This document shows positions 1 to 15,890 of a DNA stretch of 60,723 nt, one piece after another. The stretch's first letter is position 1. The number at the start of each line of letters is the position of its first letter. Made by a program: the position numbers and the translations under genes. Origin of the DNA: Raillietiella orientalis (lineage: Eukaryota). Below the pieces are notes generated by a model. It worked only from the letters and a program-made list of their open reading frames with translations, made no database searches and was not told the DNA's origin. Location: the NCBI GenBank assembly GCA_036172245.1, contig JAYWIR010000022.1, positions 3,162,001 through 3,222,723 of the forward strand, written 5' to 3'.

Positions 1-759
1 GCGCGTCGGCGAGGGGCGTGATGGCCAGGCGAGTCCACTTCTGGCTGTTCCAGACCTCATCCACCGTACAGGCTTCTCCCCCTGAAGTGGCAAGAGTCGG
101 CGCTGCTGCTGTTGCACTGGGGTCTTCCCTGCAACGTGCGCCGCTTCCACTGGACGCGGGGAGTGTAAGGCCTGATTGTTCCAGGTGTGGGGAGCGGGAA
201 TCGCTCCCCCACCTTCTTGTTGACTGTGCTGCCCCTCGATCCCTATGGGAATGGTTCGGGACGACTCTCGGGCTCCCAAAGGGCAGCACGCCCAGAGACG
301 TTTTCCGTCTTCTCTTCGTGCGGGACGCCCTACAGCCAACCGCAACGTTGCAGCGCTATGCTGCATCCGCGGCATCTAGGCTGCCTGGAGTGATGCCCAC
401 GACGAAGGAGTGGATTTACGCGAGAGGGATGTCATCCCATACGCTCTTCGCTTCTTGGTGAGAGCTACAGGATGGCACCAGCTGGGACAAATGCAGATGG
501 ACCTCAAGGGCATCCTGTGAAGGATGGGCCCACCTCAAAGTGGACAGTGATCCCTTCCCCCCCCTCCTAACTTTTTGTTTTTCCTTACTTTTTATTTTTC
601 TTTTTGGTTTTTCTCCCCCATCCCCTTCCACTGCCGAGGAGAGTCACGCCGGACTGCGTCCCGGCGTCCCGGCAGGTCCGGTGTTGTGTGGCCGTTAGTG
701 GGGCCTGGTACCACGTATGTTGAATGTTTTTTTATAAACGCCCCGGGATTATCCGGGTG
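1..759 (+). mobile_element. L1/Tx1-like non-LTR retrotransposon, 3' end (degenerate zf-RVT, 3' UTR, terminal hairpin)
   Basis: PDCSRCGERESLPHLLVDC zinc-finger (zf-RVT-like) motif; pyrimidine-rich 3' UTR; terminal motif ATAAACGCCCCGGGATTATCCGGGTG at 734-759. Confidence 0.85.
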
Positions 760-762
760 GAA

Positions 763-2273
763 ACCACCGTACAGTACGGAGAGAGGTTGGCGCAACGGAG
801 TTCCAAGAGGGAAACACCCTGTTGCTTTGCCCACTCATGCAACGACTCCTGGCGCCAGGCGTTCAAGTTCGTTGGGCTGCAGGAGATCCATGCGTGGGTT
901 ACCAGGAGCCGGTAAAGCGGTTTCAAGGGGAAACCGAAGCTTCTCGTGGCGCGCTCCGTATGTGACCGGAGCGACAGAAGTCCTTCGCTGACGGTGCAGC
1001 GCCTCAGTAGCAGGCGCTCGGGAGTACACCACAGAGTGAACCAGAGGTTGACGCAAAGGGCCAACATCCAAAGCTGCACTTGCAGTTCTATCCTCTCCAG
1101 CGTCAGGATGCCCAAGCTAACATCCCGACGCGGAGCCGCCAAATCTTTGAGGCGGATCCTGGACCTCGCGGGTCCCCACAAAGCGTTTCTCAACAGGCGT
1201 CTCGCCTGGAGCTTGGCCGGGTAGGGGGGCGGACAAACAAAAAACAGGGAGCAGAAGAGGGGGGCAACGAAGGTGTTCCAAACGGAGGTCCGCTCCGGCA
1301 GGACGAACCTGCCAAGATGGAACGGGATTAGAGCACTCGCAGCCTTCCGAAGGCAGTCCGACCACGCTTCCACTAGACTGATGTCCCCCAGCGGGACTCC
1401 TAAGTACTCGAAAGACGAAGCGGTCGAGATCCCCAGGTGGACTGACCCCCACGCTGCACCAACAGGAACGACCACACTCTTGCTCCGGTTTATGCTCACT
1501 CCCGCTCCCCGGCGAATCATCTCGAGGAAACCCTCGAGACTGGACACCAGGGTGGTCATGGGTAAAAGGAGAAGCAGGTCATCGGCATAGGCCTCCACGG
1601 ACGGCGTACCTGGACAAGAGCTCGGCAGGTTGTCCAGTTACAGCCTGTACGCTCTCAACACCAACTCAAAGAAGATGCTGAAGAGCAACGGACTTAAGCT
1701 GTCGCCCTACCTGATGCCCCGCCGCACCGGCACGCCGTACACGTGGCAGCCGCTGAAACAGATCGAGATGAGCTCGTGGCGCCAGCATGCGCGCAAATAG
1801 GCCACGAGGTGCACCGGGAGACCGAGGCGTTCCAGGAGCTCCAGGAGGAGTTCCTGTTTGATGCGGTCCAACGCCTTGCGGAGATCGACCGCGACCGCCT
1901 GGAGCACGGCTACGGGAGGACCACGCGACAAGAGTGCCATCCAATGCGCCGCCCAATTCTTGAGGAGGGCGTCGCGATGGCCCCACCTGGATCCGCAAAT
2001 AAAGGAAGAGCTTGCCGGCATCCTGAGAAGGATGATACGGCCCCAGCAGCAACAGTGATCCCTTCCCGTACCCTCCCACTCTTTTTTTTCCTCTTTTTGT
2101 TTAGTTTTTTGTTTTTCCCCTTCCCCCTGCTGCCTCGGTGGACCGAACCGGTCTGCGAGCCGGTGACGCGGCAGGCTCCGTGTTTCTTCGCGCGTGGCTG
2201 GAGCATTACTACAGCCACTGACATCTTTTTCTAAAGTTTATTTTCAAATAAACGACCCGGCGAAACCCGGGTG
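763..2273. mobile_element. L1/Tx1-like copy with an inverted RT segment (763-~1900, minus) joined to a plus-strand 3' end (~1900-2273)
   Basis: Minus strand: VDLRKALD, GVPVRRGIR*GDSLSP, AYADD, FEYLGVP. Plus strand 1910-2273 aligns with the 3' end at 3350-3693 and ends in AATAAACGACCCGGCGAAACCCGGGTG. Confidence 0.8.
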
Positions 2274-2289
2274 AAAATCGAACGCCTTG

Positions 2290-3693
2290 TCAGCGGACGA
2301 AGGACCTCCTTTGTATCGCCCCTTGGGCAACGGGAGGGCCCGAGTCCGCTTGAAGGACTTTTGCGCTCCGCGTCGGGACGGCGATCTCGTTCTCCTGACG
2401 TTGGAGCGGCTGGAGCTTCAGCTCCAGTTGAGGATGATGGCCGTTGTGCCGGAGTTGTGGTGCACCTGCTGCTGGGTCCCTGCACGCCTCCTCGTCATGC
2501 AAGCCACCGGCAAGATGGGGCTCACGTCCTTTCTTGCACTCCATCGCAGCCGCATCAACCTATGTGGACTCCAGCTACGGAGGGTGGCTGCCTTGACACG
2601 GAAAAACCAAGGATTGATCACCTATCGCCTCGCGAACGGTGGTGCCTGGTTACAGGAAAGCGTTCTCACGTGGGCACAGAGCGGCATGCAACGCGCCGTA
2701 CAGGAACGACGGTTCCTGTTCGGGCGCTACAGAAGTTGCACGCTCCAAGAGACCCTGGAGGATCCCAAGAAGAGAGCGTGGTCAGGAAGAATCCTCCTCG
2801 CTGCTGCGCTGGACCTCCTAAGGGAAGATCTGGACAGCGGTGTTGCGGCGAAATGGGAGGTTAACGTGAAAATCTCCGGAAAGGAGAAAAAGATAGGAGA
2901 GTGGAAGACGGGCCAGCTAACAGACGCTGCGACCCCGAGTACGCCTCCCCATGGACTTCTGCGCTGGGGCGTGCTGCTCGATGTTCCCATTGAACATCTG
3001 AAGTGGCCCCCGGTGCTCATGAACACCTCCACTCTCCCCTTAAAATGGCAGGAGTCGGCGCTATTGTTGCAGCACTGGGGACTGCCCTGCAACGCCCGCC
3101 GACACCACTGGACCTGGGGAGCGGTCGACCCCAATTGTGTTAGATGTGGGGAACGGGAGTCCCTTTCCCACCTCCTTGTGGATTGTGTTGCCCTTCGGCC
3201 CCTTTGGCTACGCTTTGCCGCGGCCATCGGAATCCCCTGCGGCAACCCCAGGGACTCTTTAAAAGCCCTCTTCGTTGCCGACGCCCTTCGGCCAGCGGCC
3301 TCGTTAGCAGCCCTGTTCTGCCTTCGCGGGATCGTCGCCGCTTGGAGCAAGGCCACAGGAGGACCTCGCAATAAGGGTGTCATCCAGCACGCCTCCGAAT
3401 TCTAAGAGAGATCGTTGCGATTGCCCCACCTGGATCCAGGCATCCTGCGAAGGGTCCAACGGCCCCAGCAGCAACAGTGATCGCTCCCCGTACGCTCTCA
3501 CGTTTTCTTTTCTTTTTGTTTAGTTTTTTGTTTATTCCCCTTCCGCCTGCTGCCGTGGTGGACCGTACCGGTCTGCGAACCGGTGACCCGGCAGGCTCTG
3601 TGTTTCTTCGTGCGTGGCTGGAGCACTGGTCCAGCCACAGCACGTGTTAAAGTCTGTTTGTTTTATAATAAACGCCCCGGCGAAACCCGGGTG
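2290..3693 (+). mobile_element. 5'-truncated L1/Tx1-like element (post-RT region, zf-RVT, 3' UTR, hairpin)
   Basis: ORF 2287-3405 contains VDPNCVRCGERESLSHLLVDC; terminal motif at 3667-3693. Confidence 0.85.
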
Positions 3694-3697
3694 AAAA

Positions 3698-3870
3698 TGG
3701 AAAGGCTTGCGGAGATCGGTCGCGACCGCCAAGGCGCCCGGCGCTTCCTCAGGCCGAATGCACCTACGCCTGGCCGTGGCAGCCGTCGTTGCGGTTGCCT
3801 GGCTGTCGTGCGTCACGCGTCGCTGTAGCTCGAGCCACGTGCGTGCGAATAGCAGCTTCGCCTCCATGGA
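3698..3870 (-). mobile_element. Short inverted RT fragment abutting the preceding hairpin
   Basis: Minus strand reads PGRSMEAKLLFARTWLEL...GALAVATDLRKPF, homologous to the RT region at 34600-34780 and 1870-1900. Confidence 0.65.
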
Positions 3871-4264
3871 CCGTCCGGGAACACGAGGGTTTTTTGTGAT
3901 GCTCCCGGGCCGGGTCACCCATGAAGTCTGCTCATCACGACATTCATGCTGAGACGTTGCAATTTGACAACGCTGCATCGCAAGATCTCTTTCGAAAGGA
4001 GTTTGCTGCAAACGTTTGGATGGTCTACGGAAATCACCAGTAAGCACCAAGTTTGTTATACGTTTAACTTCTGCTATCGAGTTTTTCCGTTTTCCATCAC
4101 TTTGCTTGATTCTTAGCCTTGTACACTTCTTGAAATGCAACCGCGGGTTTGTGAGAGAATCATTTGTTTTAAGAGGGAAGGTGGCTCACATTACCTTATG
4201 CATTAAAGTTCGAAGTTCTCTGTACTTGCATTGCAGCCATAATAAACGGTGCTTGTAAAGTCAT

Positions 4265-5746
<1,482 letters not shown>

Positions 5747-8700
5747 GTGCAAAAGTTGAATTTTGATAAGAGTGTATTGGTTGATTCGTACTTTACTGTT
5801 AGCTCATAAGAATTAATGTAAACTGTGATTAAATATCAAACTACAGAAGAGTTGATAATATGTCTAAACATTATGGAATATATCCTTGAATACTCTTCAT
5901 TCTGTGTACATGTAAAGGAAATCTTGTTTTAACGAACTCTGCCCATTACTTGAGAGTAGTTTCTTAACAAATGTGGAATATGATGTCTTTCACCATGATT
6001 GCTAAATTCTGGAAGATCTTAAAGTGAATTGCTGACACTTTTTACCATGATTTTATTAGGTAAAGGAGGATTCCTGATGTAAAATTTCTAATTTCAAAAA
6101 TGGAGTAAATTTTGTTGCAAATGCACGTACTTCTTGCAGATATAATTGTGTAATCTCCAAATTACTATCTAAGCACATTTAGAGCTCATTGTGTACGTCT
6201 TTGTCATTTGACATTAACATGTTTGGAGTTATTAGATTTTTTTCTCCTGATTTGTGCTTTGCTATCAGAGGGAAGTTTCATCACTTGAATAATAATAGAA
6301 TGTGGAGGATAATTCTCTGCCTTAAAATTTCTAGTCATAAAATGGCCAAATCAGCAAATGCATTAACATCTGTAAATATGCTTACACATTTCATTTCACT
6401 GAGACAATTCATATGCCTTTGGAACAATGTTTCATTGTGCATATCTGGCTGTGTGTATTTGTATTTTATCCATGGTTGAAAGCATAGCCTAATGTATTGA
6501 ACTGGTGTGGTGTGCATTTCAGTCATATCGGTCCCTGTGTGTTCTTAACAGATCACAATAATTTTTGAGGTACTAAACAACAACTATTAATTATTGCATT
6601 AAGTCTGCAATAATACATCAAGGATCTGAGCTTCATTTTCGTATCTGGAATATGAATTGATTTTTTCTGCAACCTTTAGGCATTACTGGACGTGTTGAGG
6701 TTTGCATAATGTAGGAACATGTAAGAAGCCTTCAGATATTCAGTAGCCAGAGGGGTTCCATAGCTACCTGAATGTATGTTCTTGTGTCATCAACTTGTAG
6801 GTGTGTGACGTCATTACAACTTGTTGGTGAAAATATTAGTTTCAATATAGTTACAGCTCTTGGATCAGGGTTTTTCATTACAAACAGTCTTTATTTAAAT
6901 TTTGCATGATAGTTTGGAAGCTTCATTTTATTTGAAATTAATATATTTTTCGACATTAATTGTCATGTTTTATGTACTGGATACATTATGGTATGTGTTA
7001 TTATTTTCCTCATGTGTTTAGATTCTCTAAGCAGTCCGAAATGATACCTTTGTGATTGGTAAGGATTGCTAGTGAGTACGCCGCAGTATCTTTGGCTAAG
7101 CAAGTAGATCGGTGCCTGTTGTTTTTTTTTTTTTTTTTCTGGCTTGGGGGGTCTTTTGTAAGGTGCACGTTTTTTTTTGGTACAGTTTCCCAAAGTTTCT
7201 TGTGAACCACTAAAGCAGAAGCTATGTCCGTAGAAACTTCGTAAAATACTACATATGAGAACCAGTGTGCATTTTAAAGTATTCCTTGATGAAATTCCTT
7301 TATATACTTTGATGCCTCAGGTTAACGGAATGTAAAATACGCGTATAGTATTAAATTAATATTCCAGCATATCTGGTGGAATTATCAAAGAAACATTCGT
7401 TTTACAAAAGCAGGAAACATGCAAGCGAGAGTGTTAAAGGGAAAACTAATAGAACACTGCGCGTTTTAAGCAAAAACCAGTTCATAGGATCGGCAGACGC
7501 ATTGCTTCTACGTCATCCATTTGGTTCAGTGCTGCATCCTTTCAGTACTGCTGTTTTGTGCTGTGGTGCAGCAAGGAGAGAATCATCTCCCGTTTTCGAA
7601 AAGATTAAAACTTTTTTAAAGCTTTGCTTTTCGCCTTGTTAAGGCACATCGTTCTTTTTTTCAGCTTGTTAAGAAGAGCATTACTACAAAATCAAATACC
7701 GTGGCAGAGCAAGTGCATCGAATACAAACTTCTCTTCCAAAAGGATATTTCCTTTGCGAGTCTTTGATGAGGTTCTCGCGGAAGACTTATCCGCAATATG
7801 GTGCAAAGCGTTTCCATTGCTGCTGCTTCACATAGACCAAATGATAGGATGCCACCAACCTCTTGTTGACCCAAATGATAAAGAGATCAAGGCTTCTTCC
7901 ACTTCTGATAATAATTATCTGCCCCTGGAACTGTTTGAATGCCTCCTTTGCTTTCATCATATTCGTTATGTCATTGCCGAAGTGTTCGTTTGCTGTGTTT
8001 GATTCCTGGTGATATGTTTGATTCCTGGTAAGAACGTCTGTATGGCTTCAAGCACAATCCGAGTCTATGAATCAGTCACGCTTTAAGCGTAAGGATCCTT
8101 TATTCGACACGGTTGAGGGGAGAATTCAGTTTTTCTTTAGTGCATCTGTTTCTCCGATTTCTGTGTTGTGCATGCTGCAACACCAATATTCATTTATCGT
8201 TGGTGTTTCCGTATTCCACGGATGTACGAGACAGCTATGCAAAGACGTCCCGCAATGATGCGACCTTTGTTTCCTTCCTATTCCGTATCCGTTTTAAGAC
8301 AGCTTCGAATGCTGCAGTAATGCAGCATCTCTGCATACTCATTGGGAAGTGAGAACATTTAGAAGACACTCAGGAAAATTTCCACTCGTCCACGGATGAT
8401 CCCATCCACATATAAGATTTTCCTGGAAGGCATACAGAAGTGCTCGAAGAAAGCAGAGAAATCTTCTAGTTACGATTTCAGCTGAAGATTCGTAAATCCC
8501 CATGTGACGGTAGTATATCACCCATGAGACAAGAGCATTACGATGGCGAGCCATGGAGCTGAGTTGATAAAGTTTGAAAGGTCGAGATGGACCTTGGGAA
8601 GTGAACAGGTAGCGGAAGAACTAGGCTCCTGCGTGGTTGGGAGCTCGTCCCTCGGTAATCTTCCCCTCCCTGATGCTCTGCGGTAAAATCTGTCCATTCT

Positions 8701-9373
8701 CAAGCAGAAGACAGGGCATGTGCTTCCGTCTCCGCACCACCACTACACGCAACACACACTGCAGTATGTAGCAGCAATCAACCAGAGTGGTGACAGTGTA
8801 GAGCACGCTTCCACCACTAGAAATACTACCGTCCAATTACTGATTTCGCACATCACCCTGACCCAGCCCAATTCGCGTTGCCTCTCGGGTGGCGATCACT
8901 TTGGTAATGACATGCGCGTCGTCTCTGGTGATGCCTTTTCTTTCCTTTGTTCCCTTTATCCCAATATTATATATTTGCTAGTATTTCATAGTGTCCATAC
9001 ATTAAAGTATTTCGTTGATTCTTTCTGACATATATAATCAATTTCGTTATTATATACCAGGTGTAATGTAGTTTAATTAAATGATCAATAGTTGAACATA
9101 TTTATGATAAATTATACACATTAAGACTATTTTTAATATTTATGTATATAAATTAAATACTAGGAAGGGATAAAGAATAATTCTAATGACTTTGTATCCT
9201 TAACTTCATTTAATAGCAATTTGAGATTATTTTCTACTGCTGTTTTCTAAAAATCGCATCACAATAACATCAAAGATTTACTTTTATTTGGAAACCGAGG
9301 GGTCGGAGAGGGCAAAGGAGAGTGGGGGACCAGGATAATATCTTTTACAAACGGTTGGAGGTTCGGGGCGACT

Positions 9374-11306
<1,933 letters not shown>

Positions 11307-11364
11307 GGCGCTTCCGTCCTTGTGAGGGTCTCCTCCGGGATGAAGTCTTCCGGGACTCCCCGGG

Positions 11365-11371
11365 TTATATA
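11365..11371 (-). promoter_or_regulatory. Putative TATA box of the cathepsin gene
   Basis: TATATAA on the minus strand ~60 nt upstream of the ATG, in a GC-rich context. Confidence 0.45.
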
Positions 11372-14300
11372 CGAGAAGGAACAGCCGCAATCGGTGAAAC
11401 GAACCGGCTCTCCTTGAGAGGCGCCGATAACCGCCTCACACCCTTATCGTGGCCGGGATCGCGGATTGGGCAAGCTGCTGGATGCTGGACCTCTCCGGCG
11501 CCCTTGCGCGCACTCGAGTGGAGAGGACGAAGCACCCTTCTTCCCCTTCCTCCTTCCCCACACTCCCTTTTTCCCCTCTCCTGTGCCTGCTGCCACCCTC
11601 ATCACCGCTGCATCGTGCTAGTTCCGACTTCCTCGCCCCTCCGCAAGCAAAGGGGAAGGGAAGGTCAGGGGGAAGAGTGCAGTGAGTCGAGGAGCCAGGA
11701 TGACCCGCGTCCTCGAGCTGAGGGAAACTTTCCCTGAACGGATGCTTCTCTATCCCTCGTCGGCATCGACCATAGGAACGTTCCCTACCTTCCCGGAGAG
11801 CGGTCCCTCGACCCGTGCGAAAGCCAGGAAGTTTCGGAGCTTCTCTTGGTTCCCTGCGGCAGTCCTTCCTCTGTCCCGGCCCTTGCTCGCACGAACCCTT
11901 TCCGGTCGCGGTCCAGCTGGCTCTCTTCCTCGGAGTCTTGAGAACAAAGAGAGGGAGGGAAGGGCAGGAGAAGGGCTCGTGCTCGGTGCCTCAGATCTTC
12001 TCCGACGGGAGGAAGCGCTACACCGGGAAAGGTGGTGGTGGGAGCGTTTCGGAGAGCGGAGAAGCCGCCAGAAACCAGAACTCTGAGAAGTCCGTACCGA
12101 AGGGCCGTATAACACTGTGAGACTGCTCCCGCCCTCCTCAAGAGAGGGTCCGAGATGAGGAAGGGAGGCCGCTGGGGTCCGCCCCAACTTCTTCCCTTTG
12201 TTGTTCAGTGAGGGCTCCTCCCTTCCTTCCCCCCTCTTCCCCCCGGTGAGGTCAGCTCGCTGAGCTGACGTTCGGGGGAGGGTCACGCCTTCATGCCTCC
12301 CAATTGGTGCGAATGGCTTCCGAGAGGGCTCGGACCGGCCCTTTCCTTTGCTGTTTCCCAACAGCTTCCAGCACGTGAGAACATCTCTTTCTGATCTGCG
12401 GCCAGTCTCCAGTCAGATGCTTTCCTGGAGCTTCCCAGCCTGGAAAGATGGTGCCTCTGGCGCTACGAGGAATCCTGAAAAAGGCCGAGAGGAGGGTTGT
12501 CGAGAGGAGGAGAAGAAGCCCAGAGTCACTTTCCGTGTACCTACCTGTTCTAAGGGAATCCATGCCAAGTGACGCGGACTCACGGAACTCCCAAACAGAA
12601 GATACAGGGCGAATGCCGAGGCGCTACGAGGAAGAGGAGCCAAAAGGACCCCGCTGCCAACAGCATCCACAAGAAGCGGAACAGCACCACATCTTCCTAG
12701 AGGCGGTAGAGTAGCATCCGTTCTTCTCAGAAAGCGGTTCCCTGTCTTCTTGGAGACGGCTCTGTGGACGAGGCTGGACAATGAGGAAAAAGGAACGAAA
12801 AGGGGTGGGCCAAGTGATCGGTAGCCCAAGAATACGTTTTCGTGTAGATGCACAGGATGAGCAATTACGGATCTTCTTGGTGAAGTCATCCGAAGAACTG
12901 GAAGATCTTCAACACCGAGGGCAACGGACCTCCTTAAGCGGTTGGTGGCCTTACTTTCCAAAAATTTGTGAAATTCAGGAGAGCAGTAGGGAGATCAACT
13001 CCGACCAGGGGTGACAGCCACTCGGTGCTATGAAGACTCGAGCTGAGAGGAGGTCGCACCTCCAAAGCATCGGGCGACATCCTTGGCAGAGATCCAGTTA
13101 GGCCAAGGGAGCGCGAGCACAGGAGCAGTCCTTCCATGGCTAAGACTCGAAGCCTCAGAGGGAAGGAATAGGACCGAGATAGGTGGAGTTCGCTATCGGC
13201 AGGCGAACAGACGCCAGGAATCATTTCGTTTCCTGCGGGGGACTTGACTGGCTGCACCGCGATCTCGAAACAGTCATCCATCTTTTGCCTGCTCCGTGGT
13301 ACTTGCTACTACCCACTGAGTAGTGTCGCCTATTCCGTTGGAGGCCGTGGTTTCCTTACGATTCTGTTGTCCCTAAGCACACTTGAGGCGCAAGGGAATA
13401 AGAGTTCCTTTTGCTTATATCCTCTCTCCCTTACATCTATCTCTTCCGTGCATCCTCTTTTTCCTCATACCCCTCTCTTACATCGTGCCCTCCTATCGCT
13501 TTGAATGGCTCCGTTGCCGCCCATTCCTCGTCTGGAAATGTGAAGGAAGGGATAAGCAGCATGTTGCTAGCAGTGGGGATGTAGCAAGCTCCATTCTTAT
13601 TGTGAAGCCGGATTTCCATCGTCAGCAGAGGCTTGGAACGAACTCTCCACGTAGTCTCTAGGAAGCGTGCAGTTTCCGCGGCAGGTAGGGGGGATGCAGT
13701 TCAAAGGCTGACAAGACCGTGAGGATGCACAGAAAAGCAGCGATGGTTTGTTCGCTCATCCTGGGAAAGCTCCACAGTCAAACCAACGCTGGAACTCCTC
13801 TGACCAAGGGGAGAATCTCCGTTCTCTAGCTTCGTGTCCCTGGACAGAGGTGGACATCGAACGGTCGTTTCATTCGGTTTACATTCGGAACGCATTCTCG
13901 ACGGGATTCTTGCGTCGATTTCAATCCAGCCGTGCTTTATCCCGGATTCCCTTCAGGGATGAATTCGAACGGATACTTGCGTACAGAGCTTTGCATGACT
14001 AGCCTGCACGACTGCTTTCTTGGCGCTATCTGAGCGCGTATTCATCTGGAAGATCCAAAGACCATGACTGTTGGAAACCGAAGGATTTTTCCACACCTTC
14101 GCGTGCGCTGAATTCAAACCAGTCTAAGGCTTTTCCTGGTGAGCGCCTATGAATTTCGTGAGGAAACGAGATCGGCCTCGAACAATCTGGTAAATCTCTT
14201 CCCTCTTGCCAGACAGCGGTTCAGCAAGCTTGCGGAAGTGCCGTTTTGGTCTTTGTGTGTTCTTTCTCTCTCAGCCGCCTTTTTCGGGTCACGTTTAGTT

Positions 14301-15169
14301 GACATAAGTTTAAACATTTGACGGCGTGGACCCCATCTTACTTCCCCAACGGATCGTGCAACGCGGTACATTGGTTTTCAAGACTAAAGAGTTTGCGGGG
14401 AATTTTTTGTTTTGCATCTTCTAATAGTCTCGTGCCACCTATAGGAATAGAATTGTATTCGGTCTCCGTTCCCAGTTTTGTGGAGAATCCGAGGTTAAAC
14501 AAAAACTAGAAGATTAAGAAAAGGAAGAGGAGAAGAAAAGCGGTAATTTCGTTTGGTTCCTCCTACACGGCCAAGAACCACTCAGAGCGGCTTCTTTTAA
14601 AGGAGCAGGGGTAAAATTGTTGTACGGAGACTCGCTGCAAGCCGCCATAGCAGTTGCTGACGACGAAACCGGTTCCGTCATGTGGGGCAGAAATCGGAGG
14701 ATTCACGGATTTTCTCGTTCCACGAGGAAGAGTCGATGTGATGAAACTAGGTTTCCAATCCAAGTGATGGGTCGTGGACACCGCAAGATCAGGTGGAACT
14801 GCTCCGGGTCCATTGGTGAGTTGCACAAGGCTCTCTCGACACGTTTTACAAGTTTTCATCAAGGAAACCAGCCACATTCGTGCGTGACGCTGCTACCCCT
14901 CTCTGCCTGTTGCCTTTCTCGCAGGGGGTTTGTGAGGAGGAAGTCATCGCTGCACCAGGCTCATAGGTTTTCGATTCCGGGCTTCGGGGGTTAGCAGTCT
15001 CCCTTTCTTCCTCTTGTGCTCCCGCACAGCGGCGCTGACTGCACGTTCGGTTTCGAATCCAGGTCCCTCCGGGGTGAATTGTCGGTGGAATGACGAGGAG
15101 CAAAGAGGAGATCAATTCATGAGTCGGCCGTTTCTTTGAGTCAGTGATCCTCGAGTAGAAGGATCGCAA

Positions 15170-15890
15170 GGTGTTGATACTTCAAGTTAGGGGAGCTACC
15201 CTCGGAAGGACACCACTCTCCGAATCCTGGAAGGGCTCCGGAGAAGGAAACCCGTTCCTCTCACGCCTGGGAAAGAACTCCGAAGGGAACCCTCCACCCT
15301 GGTTGTCTCCGAAGGGAACCCTGAAGAAGAACCTAACTTCCCGAGCCGCTCCAAGGGAACCTAACTTCTCTCCAAAGGGGTCCCCGGGGCGGAATGCACC
15401 TCATTTCTTCTCCGAGGGGGGACCGGAAAGGATCCGTTCCCGAAATTTCTTCTCCGGAGGGAATCGTAAGAGAGCCGCTCCTGGTTTCATCCTCTGTAGA
15501 GAATCCCGAAGAAGGCGCACTCTCCGTGGAGCTTCTTGACACTCTGGAGAAACATCACCCAGATCCATGGTAAGCAATGGGAGTTCCCATCCTCACAGTC
15601 GAAGGGAAATCCTAAGGGACTCCTCGATTCTTGGAAGGACCCTGGAGAGTCGACTTTCTATTTCGGCCGGTCGACGAGGGTATCCATCCGGTTTCCGGAT
15701 TCCACCCAGTACCGCCACACCGAAGTCCATCGGTCCAAACCAGCGTCATCTCAAGGAGGGAGGGGAGTGCTCAAAACCCGCGATGCACCCATGTCTCTTG
15801 GCGTCGATCCTTTCCCGGGCAAGATTCGAACCCGCGACTCCTGGTGCCACACGCGGAGACCGCCGCAGCCACCCAGCCGCCGACACGCTG
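15170..15890 (-). mobile_element. tRNA-derived SINE-like repeat (copy 1)
   Basis: Minus-strand head contains a B-box GGTTCGAATC (~15822-15831); body segments resemble 33790-34350. Boundaries approximate. Confidence 0.55.

Noticed and set aside
7300..9030. Possible gene or transposon remnant
   Set aside because: No interpretable motifs or splice structure found.
12000..15170. Many overlapping ORFs, possibly decayed LINE sequence
   Set aside because: Only faint motif traces; too degenerate to assign by eye.
15820..15890. Functional tRNA gene
   Set aside because: A B-box is present but no convincing cloverleaf; better explained as a SINE head.
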